DNA of 56,994 bases from a virus. Its lineage: Duplodnaviria; Caudoviricetes. Numbering within the stretch: the stretch's first letter is position 1; each line of letters begins with the position of its first letter. Location of the stretch: IMG/VR virus record IMGVR_UViG_3300042197_003393, positions 1-56,994 of that record. One strand, 5' to 3'. Under the pieces are notes generated by a model, which was not told the origin of the DNA, made no database searches, and was given only the letters and a program-made list of their open reading frames with translations. Shown here piece by piece: positions 11,183 through 21,252 of the stretch. The translations under genes and the position numbers were made by a program.

Positions 11183-14100
11183 TTAAGATCGTCTAGCGGT
11201 CGGAGGATTGGTACCAGACCCATCATCTTCTTCAACATCGGGTCCGATGTCTTCTAATTCGTCACTTGATTCATCGGTCATCTTGGGCTTGGGCATTTCA
11301 CGATAATTGTCGTGAACATGCTTAGTATATTTTGACGATGTAGGATCGGTTATGTCGTGGTCTTCGGCTAGACCGTCTTCATCATCCTCATCATGTTCTT
11401 CCTCATCTTCGTCTTCTTCCTCGTGCTCTTCCTCCCCAGATTCTTCCTCTTCCTCTTCCTCTTCCTCTTCCTCTTCCTCTTCCTCTTCTTCCTCGTGCTC
11501 TTCCTCTTCCTCTTCTCCCTCGTGCTCTTCCTCTTCCCCTTCTTCTTCGTCTTCACCGTCCTTATGGCTGTCTATATCGATATGTATATCGCCATCCTCA
11601 TCGCCTTCGTCATCTGACTCCTCGTCATCATCATGATCAGAATCACCAGAATCGTGTAAAGATTCCTTTTTGAACGGATTCTCAGACTCAAAATCCGGCA
11701 TCACATCATCGTCGGATGCTTCGTCGCTTTCACCGACCTTGCCGCCAACGCTCAATGAATCGACCGGAGCCATCTCCGTCGTATCTTGATCTTCATCACC
11801 GAGCCCACCAGTGATTACCTCATCGCTGGGGCCGCCATCGCTAACATCAGATATATTGACGTCCCCATCAACTGACACTTCGATCTCGCCATCGGCACCT
11901 GTCTTAATGGTAGCCATTGCCTCATTTAGAGCGGCGTCCTCGCTATCAGAGATAGGGCGCAACTGCTCGATGGAACCATTCAACCACTTCATGAAAGGCA
12001 AAGCATCAGCTTTAACAAGCTTGGCAGAAGCCAAAGCGCTCTCATGCAAGTGATCTGGTATAGGTATTTCAACGGAGCCATCTTCACTCAGAATGATCGG
12101 ATGTAAGTTTCTGTCGGTGCCACCATGATCAAGTATGAAGTTTATCCCTCTATACTCACCAAGCACCGCATCATCTTGCGATTTCTTCCAAGTGATAGAC
12201 TCGTTTACCCTGCCCTTCTTTCGAGGATTTAAACGAGAACGGGCTAATCCCCTCTCCCTAATCCTAGGAGATTTGTATTGCTCCTCAGCTATATCATCTT
12301 CTGCATCGGACAATTCGTCCACTAATTTAACATTCTCTTTATCAAAATACTCGACGATTTGCTCAATGGCTGTACCAAGCCGACTTTCCGGAATTCTTAA
12401 TCCTACTGCCTTTATACTAGCCTTAGCCATAGCTGGCAAATTACGCTCTAAAGACCTACCTTGGAGACGATTCTCGACAGCTAATCGATGCATAATCTGA
12501 ATAATGCGGTCGATATCACCTTCATCGGTTATAACGGGCGCTCCATATTCAGTGATATGAATCCCTTCTCGCATAGTCGGCCGATACTCATAAGGATCGT
12601 TAGATTCATTAGTGGCAAAATGCTTATAAGCGCCGGCATGATCGGCTTCCGGTGGCTGGGCCCGATTCGCCCGTGACTTGGGTGGCCGCTTACTCTGGCC
12701 CGGCACCGGTCGAGACTCGTTTAGAGCCCTACCACTACGCTCTCTGCTTTGCATTAAAGGAGCACCGGGTACCGGCGCACCGGGTGCGGGGGCGCCTGGC
12801 GCTGAAGCACCAGCTCTTGGTGCTCCAGGCGCTCCGCCGGGTTGACCACCTGGAGGAGGACCGCCAGCAGGAGGACCACCGGGAGGAGGACCACCGGCAC
12901 CACCACCTAACAGCGCATCTAAATCCTCATCGCCACCAGCCGGAGGAGGCTCCGGTGGAGCTTCTGGCATTTCAGGCTTCTCTTCACCCGCACTGCTAGT
13001 ACCGCCGATTTGAATCAATGGTGAATTTATATTAATGACGGGTGCGCCCTTCCCACCCGCTTCTCCGCCAATGCCAATGGGTCCACCTGGGGCATCGCCG
13101 CCATTCGGTGAAGGCATCTGATCGAAATTCTGCAATGAGTCAGCTGCAGCAAGCTCCTCTTGGATCGTAGCGATTAAATCCTCGGCTTCGTATATTGCGG
13201 CATCATCTGGATTTTTACCCTTTAACCTCACGATGAGATTATTCAGCTTACTAGACAGATCATGCGACTCTTTAATTTTCGGCGTCTTTTCCTTAAGTGC
13301 GCCAAGAGTAGTGGCTAGCGCATCTGCTGCCACATCTCTGTTAGAAATAGTTTCGAAAATCATAGTCAAGAACTTCTGATATGCGCCTTCAAAGTTCGTG
13401 GCGCTTTCCAAAATATAAACATTCTCGACCATGACGGGGTGCTCTGACTTCCGAGCAATACCACGCCATTCGTCAATAATCTTACTACGACTGATCTTCA
13501 TGTTTGTTCTGAATATCAGCGTGGCGGTATCTTCACATAACTGTTGATTGAACACTGCCTTAGCGGCCAGCGCATTCTCGACCAATGTCTTAACCTGAGG
13601 CCTCGTCAGCAGCGTAAATTCTTCCATCTCCTCGAGGAAGGGGACCACTGACTTAACCGCACCTTCGATCTTATTATCCGAGATCATCTTAGCCAGATCT
13701 AAAATGCGATTTTGAAATCCTTCTGAAAAATATGCATTCTTAGCGGCTTCCAGCATCCGCTTGGCTACCAGCTTTCTGCTAGCCCACTTATTCACTGGCA
13801 ACGTCACCGGCTGGCCATCATCGAAGCGGCCACTCACGACACTTCCGTTTTCCACTATGACTCTATCTTTTAGACTCTCTACGATAACCGCCACTAGACG
13901 ATTCTTAATATCGCTCTCTATGGTGACATTGCCTTCGTTCACATTAACGTAGCGTAAAACACCATCGCGGCACTTGACCATGCCTGAAGATGGCACAGCT
14001 CTAGATGAGAATCTCTGAGCCTTCATTCTGTCGAAGGCGATTTGCATGCCTTTTTGGTCATTCTCTTCAATGGCACCGACCAGCTTAAAGCATGTCTCAC

Positions 14101-14395
14101 TAAAAATAGACTTCTTCTCTTCTTCGACTATCTCAATTGGTCTGATGTTAGTGATCGTTACACGACCATGCGGTTCTTTAATATGGTCAGCTTGATAGTA
14201 CTTATGAGCTTGCACATCCTCGATGAATAATGTGCGAGCATGCAACGCAGCTAGTCGCCATACCTGCCCGGCAGCGGTGCCTAATTGTTTGACCCTCTCC
14301 TCAAACACTGTCACTTTGGCTTGCGCAGAATCGTTTAATGCGCTCAAAAACTTACGGCTATCCATTTTAACAGATTCTTTTCTTGACCGTTCCAT
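11183..14395 (-). CDS. large prohead-locus protein with Pro/Gly-rich linker and poly-acidic tail
   Basis: GGAG RBS before ATG 14395; lies between portal and protease; helical N-terminal half, GGPPPGG repeats, 18-Glu run. Confidence 0.75.
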   Translation of the reverse strand: MERSRKESVKMDSRKFLSALNDSAQAKVTVFEERVKQLGTAAGQVWRLAALHARTLFIEDVQAHKYYQADHIKEPHGRVTITNIRPIEIVEEEKKSIFSETCFKLVGAIEENDQKGMQIAFDRMKAQRFSSRAVPSSGMVKCRDGVLRYVNVNEGNVTIESDIKNRLVAVIVESLKDRVIVENGSVVSGRFDDGQPVTLPVNKWASRKLVAKRMLEAAKNAYFSEGFQNRILDLAKMISDNKIEGAVKSVVPFLEEMEEFTLLTRPQVKTLVENALAAKAVFNQQLCEDTATLIFRTNMKISRSKIIDEWRGIARKSEHPVMVENVYILESATNFEGAYQKFLTMIFETISNRDVAADALATTLGALKEKTPKIKESHDLSSKLNNLIVRLKGKNPDDAAIYEAEDLIATIQEELAAADSLQNFDQMPSPNGGDAPGGPIGIGGEAGGKGAPVININSPLIQIGGTSSAGEEKPEMPEAPPEPPPAGGDEDLDALLGGGAGGPPPGGPPAGGPPPGGQPGGAPGAPRAGASAPGAPAPGAPVPGAPLMQSRERSGRALNESRPVPGQSKRPPKSRANRAQPPEADHAGAYKHFATNESNDPYEYRPTMREGIHITEYGAPVITDEGDIDRIIQIMHRLAVENRLQGRSLERNLPAMAKASIKAVGLRIPESRLGTAIEQIVEYFDKENVKLVDELSDAEDDIAEEQYKSPRIRERGLARSRLNPRKKGRVNESITWKKSQDDAVLGEYRGINFILDHGGTDRNLHPIILSEDGSVEIPIPDHLHESALASAKLVKADALPFMKWLNGSIEQLRPISDSEDAALNEAMATIKTGADGEIEVSVDGDVNISDVSDGGPSDEVITGGLGDEDQDTTEMAPVDSLSVGGKVGESDEASDDDVMPDFESENPFKKESLHDSGDSDHDDDEESDDEGDEDGDIHIDIDSHKDGEDEEEGEEEEHEGEEEEEEHEEEEEEEEEEEEEEEEEESGEEEHEEEDEDEEEHDEDDEDGLAEDHDITDPTSSKYTKHVHDNYREMPKPKMTDESSDELEDIGPDVEEDDGSGTNPPTARRS
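11441..11494 (-). repeat. (GAGGAA)n microsatellite encoding 18 consecutive Glu
   Basis: direct reading of the sequence. Confidence 0.9.
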
Positions 14396-14505
14396 TCTAC
14401 GCTCCTGCAAAAGCCACAACACTCATAGGGGCAGATTTATGTCCACCAATGTGGTATTGTTTATAACTACGACTAATTTTGAACGAATATGTACTACTCT
14501 AAGTA

Positions 14506-16500
14506 TTACTTAATCACTGAAGCAGCATTCGGTATATCATCAGCTGTTATACCTTCATCGGCATTAGCCGTCGTAGTATAACGCTCCTCGGCGACAAGCA
14601 CGTCATACACTTCCTTTATAGCGTCATCCCGATCTTTCGCTGAAACCGACCATTCGACCAACAACCCAGCGTCGCTATTTGGGTCATAAATGCCTTCGAT
14701 CATTCCCTTTTTACCATTCATATCGTGATTAGATGTCGGCTTAGATGAAGATAATCCATCTAATTCCTTCGTCGAAATCATATGATCAAATCCGCTATTA
14801 AACGATTTACTAGTCTCAGTCTTACCTAGGCCTTCTGCCCAAGATTCGAGTATCGCCTTAGTCTGTTTAGCATTTCCGTTCTTTTTAAGTTCTCTTAATA
14901 GGCGACGTTGCGCCTCAGTATCTAGCCCTTCCATTGGTGGTGGCTGAGCGCCACCCTCCGGTGGTGCCGCACCACCCGCTTCCGGTGGTGCCGCTCCGGC
15001 CTCTTCACCCGGCGGTGCTGGCGGCGCTCCCTCTGGTCCCTCTGCACCCAAGTCGCCACTAGGGGGTGGTCCGCCACCCATTCCAAGTCCACCTGGTATT
15101 CCACCTTCCTCGCCGCCTTGATCAGCGGTCATCTCCATCTCTTTTAATTCTTGGATCTCATCGGGCGTTAAATCTGTGAAATGAGTGACAATCCACTCCT
15201 TAGGAAACCATCCTAGCTCCTTTAGGTCAGACATTACTCTAACTCTCGTTGACCACGTCTCTATGCGATACAATTCTTCCATCGCTGACGTCGCCGTAAG
15301 AGCTACCTCAAATCCTCTAAGGTCTTCGACACGATATCCACGCAATGCCAAGTGCACAATGGCTATCTTGGTCAATCCTGTTGAAATTTCACGCTGAATC
15401 CATTGGACCGACTTTGCAAATTCTGAATGCGACTGAGATAGTGACTTTTCACTCGCCTCCCCTCCACTCTCACCAATGCCGACCCTAGCAAACGGAATCT
15501 TCATTGGAGCGATCATCTTCTTCTTGAAGTATTCTATATCCTTAATTTGGTCAAGATTCTCTGCTCCAGGGAGCGTTTCTACCTCTGGCCCCGTACCATC
15601 CGGCCTTTTTGGCAGGAAAAAATCGTCCTCTTGAATTAACGGCGAATATCGCTCGTCAAAAGTGCCAGTTGATGGGTTATAAAAACGCTGCCGTTTAAAA
15701 TTACGCGCAATCATAGCCATATATTCCGGTACTTCTTTTGGCGGAATTAGGCCGACTGGAATGGTAAACTTGCGCTTCTCGGGAGCTCTAGTGATACGGT
15801 ATATTAAGGCTGCGTCCTCCATCAGCCGCAATTGTTTAAATGCCTTTCGTCCACCATCCAAGATAGCCCTGCCATACGGATGGTAGATATTTTCAAAACT
15901 GGTCAGTCGTAAATGCATCACTTGCCATGGATGCAGGAACTGAGGCTTCGGCCACATCGCATCCATGTAGAAAAAACCAATTAAATCTCCATAGCGTGTC
16001 TCTATTCTAGTAAAGTTATAGACATTCATAAACTTCAATGCCGATACGCCAGTTCTATCAGCATTTAATATAATCTCAAAAGGAGAATCGCCATACTTAC
16101 AAAGGTACCTAACACTCGGTCGGCAATATGTGTCCCACCTTAAGGTATTAAAAAATAAATCCTCGAGTTCTCTCTTTAATCTCCGATTACGCGCTCTAAT
16201 AACTAGGGTGTGCTTCCGCTCTGGATCTACTAAGCTTGCTTCATCGGCATAAAGGTCTAGAGCAAGACTCACTTCGCCAGTCTGATCCATCTGCTCATAA
16301 TCTTTATACCTTTCGAGCCGATTGATTTGCAAATTAGTCTGATCAAGAATCGCCGCTTGTTGATTGTAATCTAGAAATTCACCGCCGGCGGTTAGCTTAT
16401 CAAGATGTGGTTGATCTTGATATACCCGCTCCGCTTGAAATATACGATGGGTCTTTGTTAACGCACGAATGCGATCAAAGACTAGCCAATTACTCGGCAT
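14506..16500 (-). CDS. gp20: portal protein, T4 gp20-like
   Basis: QLRLMEDA.LIYRITRAPE.R.F.I.VG, EDDFFLP.R, ETLPG..NL.QI.DIEYF.KK. Confidence 0.95.
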   Translation of the reverse strand: MPSNWLVFDRIRALTKTHRIFQAERVYQDQPHLDKLTAGGEFLDYNQQAAILDQTNLQINRLERYKDYEQMDQTGEVSLALDLYADEASLVDPERKHTLVIRARNRRLKRELEDLFFNTLRWDTYCRPSVRYLCKYGDSPFEIILNADRTGVSALKFMNVYNFTRIETRYGDLIGFFYMDAMWPKPQFLHPWQVMHLRLTSFENIYHPYGRAILDGGRKAFKQLRLMEDAALIYRITRAPEKRKFTIPVGLIPPKEVPEYMAMIARNFKRQRFYNPSTGTFDERYSPLIQEDDFFLPKRPDGTGPEVETLPGAENLDQIKDIEYFKKKMIAPMKIPFARVGIGESGGEASEKSLSQSHSEFAKSVQWIQREISTGLTKIAIVHLALRGYRVEDLRGFEVALTATSAMEELYRIETWSTRVRVMSDLKELGWFPKEWIVTHFTDLTPDEIQELKEMEMTADQGGEEGGIPGGLGMGGGPPPSGDLGAEGPEGAPPAPPGEEAGAAPPEAGGAAPPEGGAQPPPMEGLDTEAQRRLLRELKKNGNAKQTKAILESWAEGLGKTETSKSFNSGFDHMISTKELDGLSSSKPTSNHDMNGKKGMIEGIYDPNSDAGLLVEWSVSAKDRDDAIKEVYDVLVAEERYTTTANADEGITADDIPNAASVIK

Positions 16501-16565
16501 AAAGCTCTCCCGACTGATAGAGTATATTTACAAAAGAGGACATCATAATTCTAGCGGAGCATAAA

Positions 16566-17090
16566 ATGAACTCAATCATATCCTTCTTTAAATTCATCCT
16601 AAGTATATTCCGTAACGACAAGCCATACACGCCAACAGTGCCGGAAATTACCACAGACTTGGATGACTTATTCCAATTACATAATAAAGCACGCCTACAA
16701 AGAGGCCTTAGTGAATTAGTGTTTGATATTAGATTATCCAACGCAGCCGCTAAGCATGCGACTTGGATGAATAACCAGCGTAAGATGAGCCACACTGGTG
16801 TCGGCGGCAGTAACCACGCAGAAAGAATAAAATGGGAAGGCTATAAAGCCTCATTCAGCGGAGAAAACGTAGCTTGGGGATATAAAGACTGTCAATCTGT
16901 GTTCAACGGCTGGTTAAATTCGAGCGGTCATCGAGCTAACATCCTCTCATCGAAGTATATGCACGTCGGCCTAGGCATATCTGGAGTTTATTGGTGCGTC
17001 GTGTTCGCCACGCCGGGGTCATTTGCAGTAGCTGAAGTAGCTCCATTTGATGCCGTCTATGAGCCTGAACCACTTTCGTGTCCTAATTAA
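16566..17090 (+). CDS. CAP/SCP domain protein
   Basis: LHN..R...GL..L..D.RL..AA..HA..M, SHTG, GENVAWG, WLNSSGHRANIL, YWC..FA. Confidence 0.92.
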   Translation: MNSIISFFKFILSIFRNDKPYTPTVPEITTDLDDLFQLHNKARLQRGLSELVFDIRLSNAAAKHATWMNNQRKMSHTGVGGSNHAERIKWEGYKASFSGENVAWGYKDCQSVFNGWLNSSGHRANILSSKYMHVGLGISGVYWCVVFATPGSFAVAEVAPFDAVYEPEPLSCPN

Positions 17091-17094
17091 AAAA

Positions 17095-20000
17095 TCATTT
17101 CTGCTTCTCATAGAAATATTTAGGCGGCGTCACTAAAGGCTTGCCTTGGCTAATAGGTATACCTCCTAGTTGTACAGTGTAGGCATCCAATATTCTCTGG
17201 GCAGCGACCTCAGGAAAATCATCAATTGCCCTAGACATAGGCATCAGCAAGTGAGCACCACCGACACCAGTGTATTCTTGCTGGGCCTTCACGCTTTGGT
17301 CATCGCTTAATAATGTGGGACCTGTCTGACTCTTAAAACCCGCACCATTAACATTAGGGCCGAAAGGCGTTAAATTACCAGCATCAACGATGAAAGCATC
17401 GGCAGTGCCTAACAATGCTAAAGCAGAAGCGATCACTAAGTCGTCATGGTTTCCTGATCCCTCTTCAGCCTCCGTCCTTGAGGTATCATGACCTAGCCTA
17501 TCTCTCTTCCTAACATAAGTATGGAATTGTTTTAGTAACCTGTCGCTATAGATCGTATACCCTTCATCTGGATTATCTCTCATGCAGTTTATCAAAAACT
17601 GATTAAGCGTCGGCTTACTAGCCATAGTGGTAGCAAAGCCATAAGCAGCCACCTTCATCGCCCGAGCACGCCTACGACCGCGTCCTCCTGGCTGTGGCTT
17701 ATCGTTTATCTCCTTTTTTCTCCATATCCGCGGATACATCACATTATATCTCAACTCGTCGATAATTATATCACCACCGTTGTTCCTTTCGATTATCGCT
17801 AATGCACAATTGTACCAGCGTCCAATTCTGTCGATATAATATACCAGATCCCGAGGCAGGCATCTGGCCATAAATTCAGCTACTTGTTCTCTCGTATAGA
17901 CATCGAATACCTCGATGGCATGGAAATCCTTTCCTTTGCCGGTGGCGATGTCGATACCCATCACATAGGGGTGAGCGGGTGTGCCAGTCTCTATTATTTC
18001 AGCACCACGCCTTTTCTCTGGCTTGGCAATAACTGGCCTCCGCCATACCCAAAATCCCTCTGACTCATCATTAAACTCAAAAACAAGTTCTCTAGTTTCG
18101 CCAGAAACGGGATGAACATAGGGCTGAGAGCCTTTAACACGCTGATTCGGCTCACAGACAGTAGTCGCCATATAAGATAGCACTTCTTTGGATAGTACTG
18201 TATTACCAGAACCTATGAATGATGCCAATATCTCTTGTTCAAATTTCCATGCCTCTCCCTTGGCTTGCAATGCTCTATATTGCTGTTCTAGCCAAGGCGA
18301 CGTATATGGTCCATATCTTAGAATATCTTCCTTAGTGGTGCACTTTCGAATATTATCTCTCGGCGCTATTCTCTTATGCTGCTTCGAGATAGGATCATCG
18401 TACTCTATCTCCCAATCCATGTCATACCAATTTATTACGATAGGATTAAATTGGTTGACTCCGGCTTCAGCCTCCGTCATCGTCGCCCAATACCAGTTAC
18501 CAACACCATTGGTGGTTGATATAACGATCACGTTGCCACCGTGCTGAAGTGTATTATGGCTCACTAAGCCATTGGCTAAATATGTATTATTATGCGGTAC
18601 TGATAAATCAAAAGTATCAGCTTTGTCCGCACTGCATAATTGTACTTTATCGAAGAAAAGGCCCATGTCGACAAATGATTGTAAGCGGCAGTTTATACCA
18701 AATTCAATAACCAGTGATCTTATTAAACTAATTCGTATTCTTCCCAAACGCTTGATACGCAAAATGTTCCATTTCCTTGCGTCTTTGCATTCCCTAAATG
18801 TACCTCCGTTCTTCATCCGATCCAAGACCAGATTGGTAAATTCGCCCACTAAAACTGGGTGGTCTATTTCTGATGCCGTATTCTCAAATCGATAAGCGTC
18901 GATAATATCTTGTTTTCGCTTAGTAATAAAGCCAATCTTATCCCTAAATGCGATTTTACTCTCCGCATCCCAAACATCAACGCGCCAATATGGCTTATCA
19001 CTATAACGCAAGTCATTTCTGTCTGGTGTTCTCTCTGTTTCTACCATATATCTTCTTGCCATAATCCCAAGTGCATGGAGTATCACTTGCACTTCCTGAG
19101 CTAGCCTCTCGCTAACTGTGCTAAATCCTAGTTTAAGGGATGTTGATGACTTATAGCACCACCCGTCTGAATCAAATAATCCTCGCAAAAACGCACATAC
19201 GACCTTCTCGTCACTCCTTAGAACAAGAGCTGGAATCCTAGCGTCATGAGCAGATGACTTTGAGTTTAAATCATTGTCTGACATTATGTCGATAAACTTG
19301 CTAGAGTTTAATCGAAAGTTTTCAGTATCATATTCCGTCTCAGCATATGCCTTTGAATCAAGCGCCAATTCTAAGTTATTGAATTTTTTAATCATCAAAT
19401 CTCTCGTAGCCACATCTTGTGGGTCAAAGGCAATTCGTAATCTTTTTGGTCTATTGATGCTCAGATACCCATCACCAATGTATAATCCTAATATCTCTGC
19501 CAGCTCAGGTGATAATTCAATCCCATTTTTTAAAAACTGTCGCTTGCCGGTGAATTCACCGGGTTTAGATATGATAATATCATCCGGCCTCAATTCGGAC
19601 ATTGCTCTCCATACGTAAAACCCTTCTTGATCAATTATTCTTACTTTATGATGTTCAGCAGCTCTGATCGTATATCCTAAGTTAGTAGTCATTTCGACTA
19701 TCTGTTGATACCCAGATACATATGCCTTATCGCTATACTGATATCCTTCATCGGTCGCTACGCTAATACTATGCGCCTTCCAAGGATTTCCCCCTCTGCA
19801 AAGTTCATCTAGCCTGACTAGACCTTGGTCCGTCTGAATTAGCGTTTCACCAGTAGCGCATGGCCAGCCTCCCGCCCACATCGCATCCATACCTTGTATG
19901 AATGCCGCCTCATCGATAATGTTCAATGATGAAGCATTAGATCGCAGAACATCCGGATGCGATGTAAGACTAGCAATTCTGGATCCGTTAGGGAATAGTA

Positions 20001-20388
20001 GCTCATGTTCATTTTGCTTCACTGGCTTCCATACGTCCTTCATCCACTTCGGTAAATTATCGTAAAGAAATACTATCTGCTCACGCAAGAATGACATCGC
20101 ATCCTCATCGCGCCTCGACACGATAAGAATAGTCTTATGACTATGAAACATAGCGAACCATAAAGCAAATGCGCCAGCTATCTTAGACGCACCGGCTTGG
20201 CGGCATTTTCTGAAAATATTTAATCTATACTTCCTAAATGCTTCTATAGCCCGCACTTGATAGGAAAATGGCGTAAATGGTATGATGCCTGCTGATGGAT
20301 GCTTTAATTTACCAAAGTTCTTTAAAAACCACACCACGGATGCCTGACACCGCTTTATCACTTCCTTCTGCTTCGGTGAGATATTCAT
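17095..20388 (-). CDS. gp17: terminase large subunit (T4 gp17-like) containing an intein
   Basis: K.RQ.G.S Walker A, IIDEAAF Walker B, ISTTNG motif III, FEQE, MGIDIATG.GKD, IERN, HDDLV. Confidence 0.95.
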   Translation of the reverse strand: MNISPKQKEVIKRCQASVVWFLKNFGKLKHPSAGIIPFTPFSYQVRAIEAFRKYRLNIFRKCRQAGASKIAGAFALWFAMFHSHKTILIVSRRDEDAMSFLREQIVFLYDNLPKWMKDVWKPVKQNEHELLFPNGSRIASLTSHPDVLRSNASSLNIIDEAAFIQGMDAMWAGGWPCATGETLIQTDQGLVRLDELCRGGNPWKAHSISVATDEGYQYSDKAYVSGYQQIVEMTTNLGYTIRAAEHHKVRIIDQEGFYVWRAMSELRPDDIIISKPGEFTGKRQFLKNGIELSPELAEILGLYIGDGYLSINRPKRLRIAFDPQDVATRDLMIKKFNNLELALDSKAYAETEYDTENFRLNSSKFIDIMSDNDLNSKSSAHDARIPALVLRSDEKVVCAFLRGLFDSDGWCYKSSTSLKLGFSTVSERLAQEVQVILHALGIMARRYMVETERTPDRNDLRYSDKPYWRVDVWDAESKIAFRDKIGFITKRKQDIIDAYRFENTASEIDHPVLVGEFTNLVLDRMKNGGTFRECKDARKWNILRIKRLGRIRISLIRSLVIEFGINCRLQSFVDMGLFFDKVQLCSADKADTFDLSVPHNNTYLANGLVSHNTLQHGGNVIVISTTNGVGNWYWATMTEAEAGVNQFNPIVINWYDMDWEIEYDDPISKQHKRIAPRDNIRKCTTKEDILRYGPYTSPWLEQQYRALQAKGEAWKFEQEILASFIGSGNTVLSKEVLSYMATTVCEPNQRVKGSQPYVHPVSGETRELVFEFNDESEGFWVWRRPVIAKPEKRRGAEIIETGTPAHPYVMGIDIATGKGKDFHAIEVFDVYTREQVAEFMARCLPRDLVYYIDRIGRWYNCALAIIERNNGGDIIIDELRYNVMYPRIWRKKEINDKPQPGGRGRRRARAMKVAAYGFATTMASKPTLNQFLINCMRDNPDEGYTIYSDRLLKQFHTYVRKRDRLGHDTSRTEAEEGSGNHDDLVIASALALLGTADAFIVDAGNLTPFGPNVNGAGFKSQTGPTLLSDDQSVKAQQEYTGVGGAHLLMPMSRAIDDFPEVAAQRILDAYTVQLGGIPISQGKPLVTPPKYFYEKQK
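18553..19860 (-). mobile_element. intein (436 aa) with LAGLIDADG homing endonuclease in terminase
   Basis: begins CATGET, ends TFDLSV...YLANGLVSHN followed by Thr; ILGLYIGDG and FLRGLFDSDG motifs. Confidence 0.95.
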
Positions 20389-20897
20389 ATTTCATCCATC
20401 TTCGTCAACGGCTCTTCAAGAATCTTCACTAAATCGCTGTCGTTATTACCAACGCTTACATTTTGGTTTACCATGACATTACTAACGGCTGCCTTTGTGG
20501 CGGCCAACATTTTAGCGTTAGCCTCCAATATCTTTACTGCTGTCATGTTTATATTGGCTTTTACCTCCACTGCCGCCACGAGACCATCGACATACATTCT
20601 CGATGGCAGTTGACTTCTCGTCAGTGACTGTTCTATCTGACCACGTAATAGGTTTATTACATCTTGCGCTTCTTGACGATCTGACCTACAAGCTTCTAGC
20701 ACTTCATCGGTAACATCGTCTAACTTTCCAAGATATTTATGGACATCAACGCCACTAGGCGGCACGGCCATGTCTGTCAAATTAGCAACGGCGGTAGTGC
20801 TGACTGCGCCTATGTTCTTTATCTCACCTACATCGACCTTCTTGGTCGGCTCCTCTCCAAGTTGCTGTAATAGATCTTGTAATTCCTCCTCAGCCAT
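20385..20897 (-). CDS. probable terminase small subunit
   Basis: helical 170-aa ORF overlapping the TerL start; Asn-rich C-terminal strand; assignment by position. Confidence 0.45.
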   Translation of the reverse strand: MAEEELQDLLQQLGEEPTKKVDVGEIKNIGAVSTTAVANLTDMAVPPSGVDVHKYLGKLDDVTDEVLEACRSDRQEAQDVINLLRGQIEQSLTRSQLPSRMYVDGLVAAVEVKANINMTAVKILEANAKMLAATKAAVSNVMVNQNVSVGNNDSDLVKILEEPLTKMDEI

Positions 20898-21249
20898 TTG
20901 GTTTCCCCATTATTCTAACTGGCCGCATGCCTTGCGCCTTTTTACGTTGCGTTTTACGTTGCGTTTTCGTGCTTCGTTTATGAGCGGCATCAGCATCTCC
21001 GTGCCCCATCTGACCATTGGGTTTAAGCTTGGGATGCGTCCGCTCCGCAACGCTAAACTTGCCAGATGAGAAGGGTGACTTACCAGTAGGATTATCTATA
21101 TGCCTTTCAAGAGGATTTCTACTCATCTTTCGGTGGACTCGCGCCCTAATTGATTTCTCATTCGATTCGCTTATAAGTCGATTGAAGTCAGTAGTATTAA
21201 CTGACCCCTCATCGATTTTTGACATTATCTCAGTTAAGATGTCGTCCAT
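20890..21249 (-). CDS. hypothetical protein, acidic N-terminus and basic C-terminus
   Basis: coupled ORF; LTE/IDE/ISE motifs resemble gp21 cleavage sites. Confidence 0.55.
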   Translation of the reverse strand: MDDILTEIMSKIDEGSVNTTDFNRLISESNEKSIRARVHRKMSRNPLERHIDNPTGKSPFSSGKFSVAERTHPKLKPNGQMGHGDADAAHKRSTKTQRKTQRKKAQGMRPVRIMGKPNG

Positions 21250-21252
21250 ATT

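Noticed and set aside
11352-11636. Poly-Ser, poly-Lys/Arg and Phe/Leu ORFs in other frames
   Set aside because: Shadows of the (GAGGAA)n poly-Glu tract
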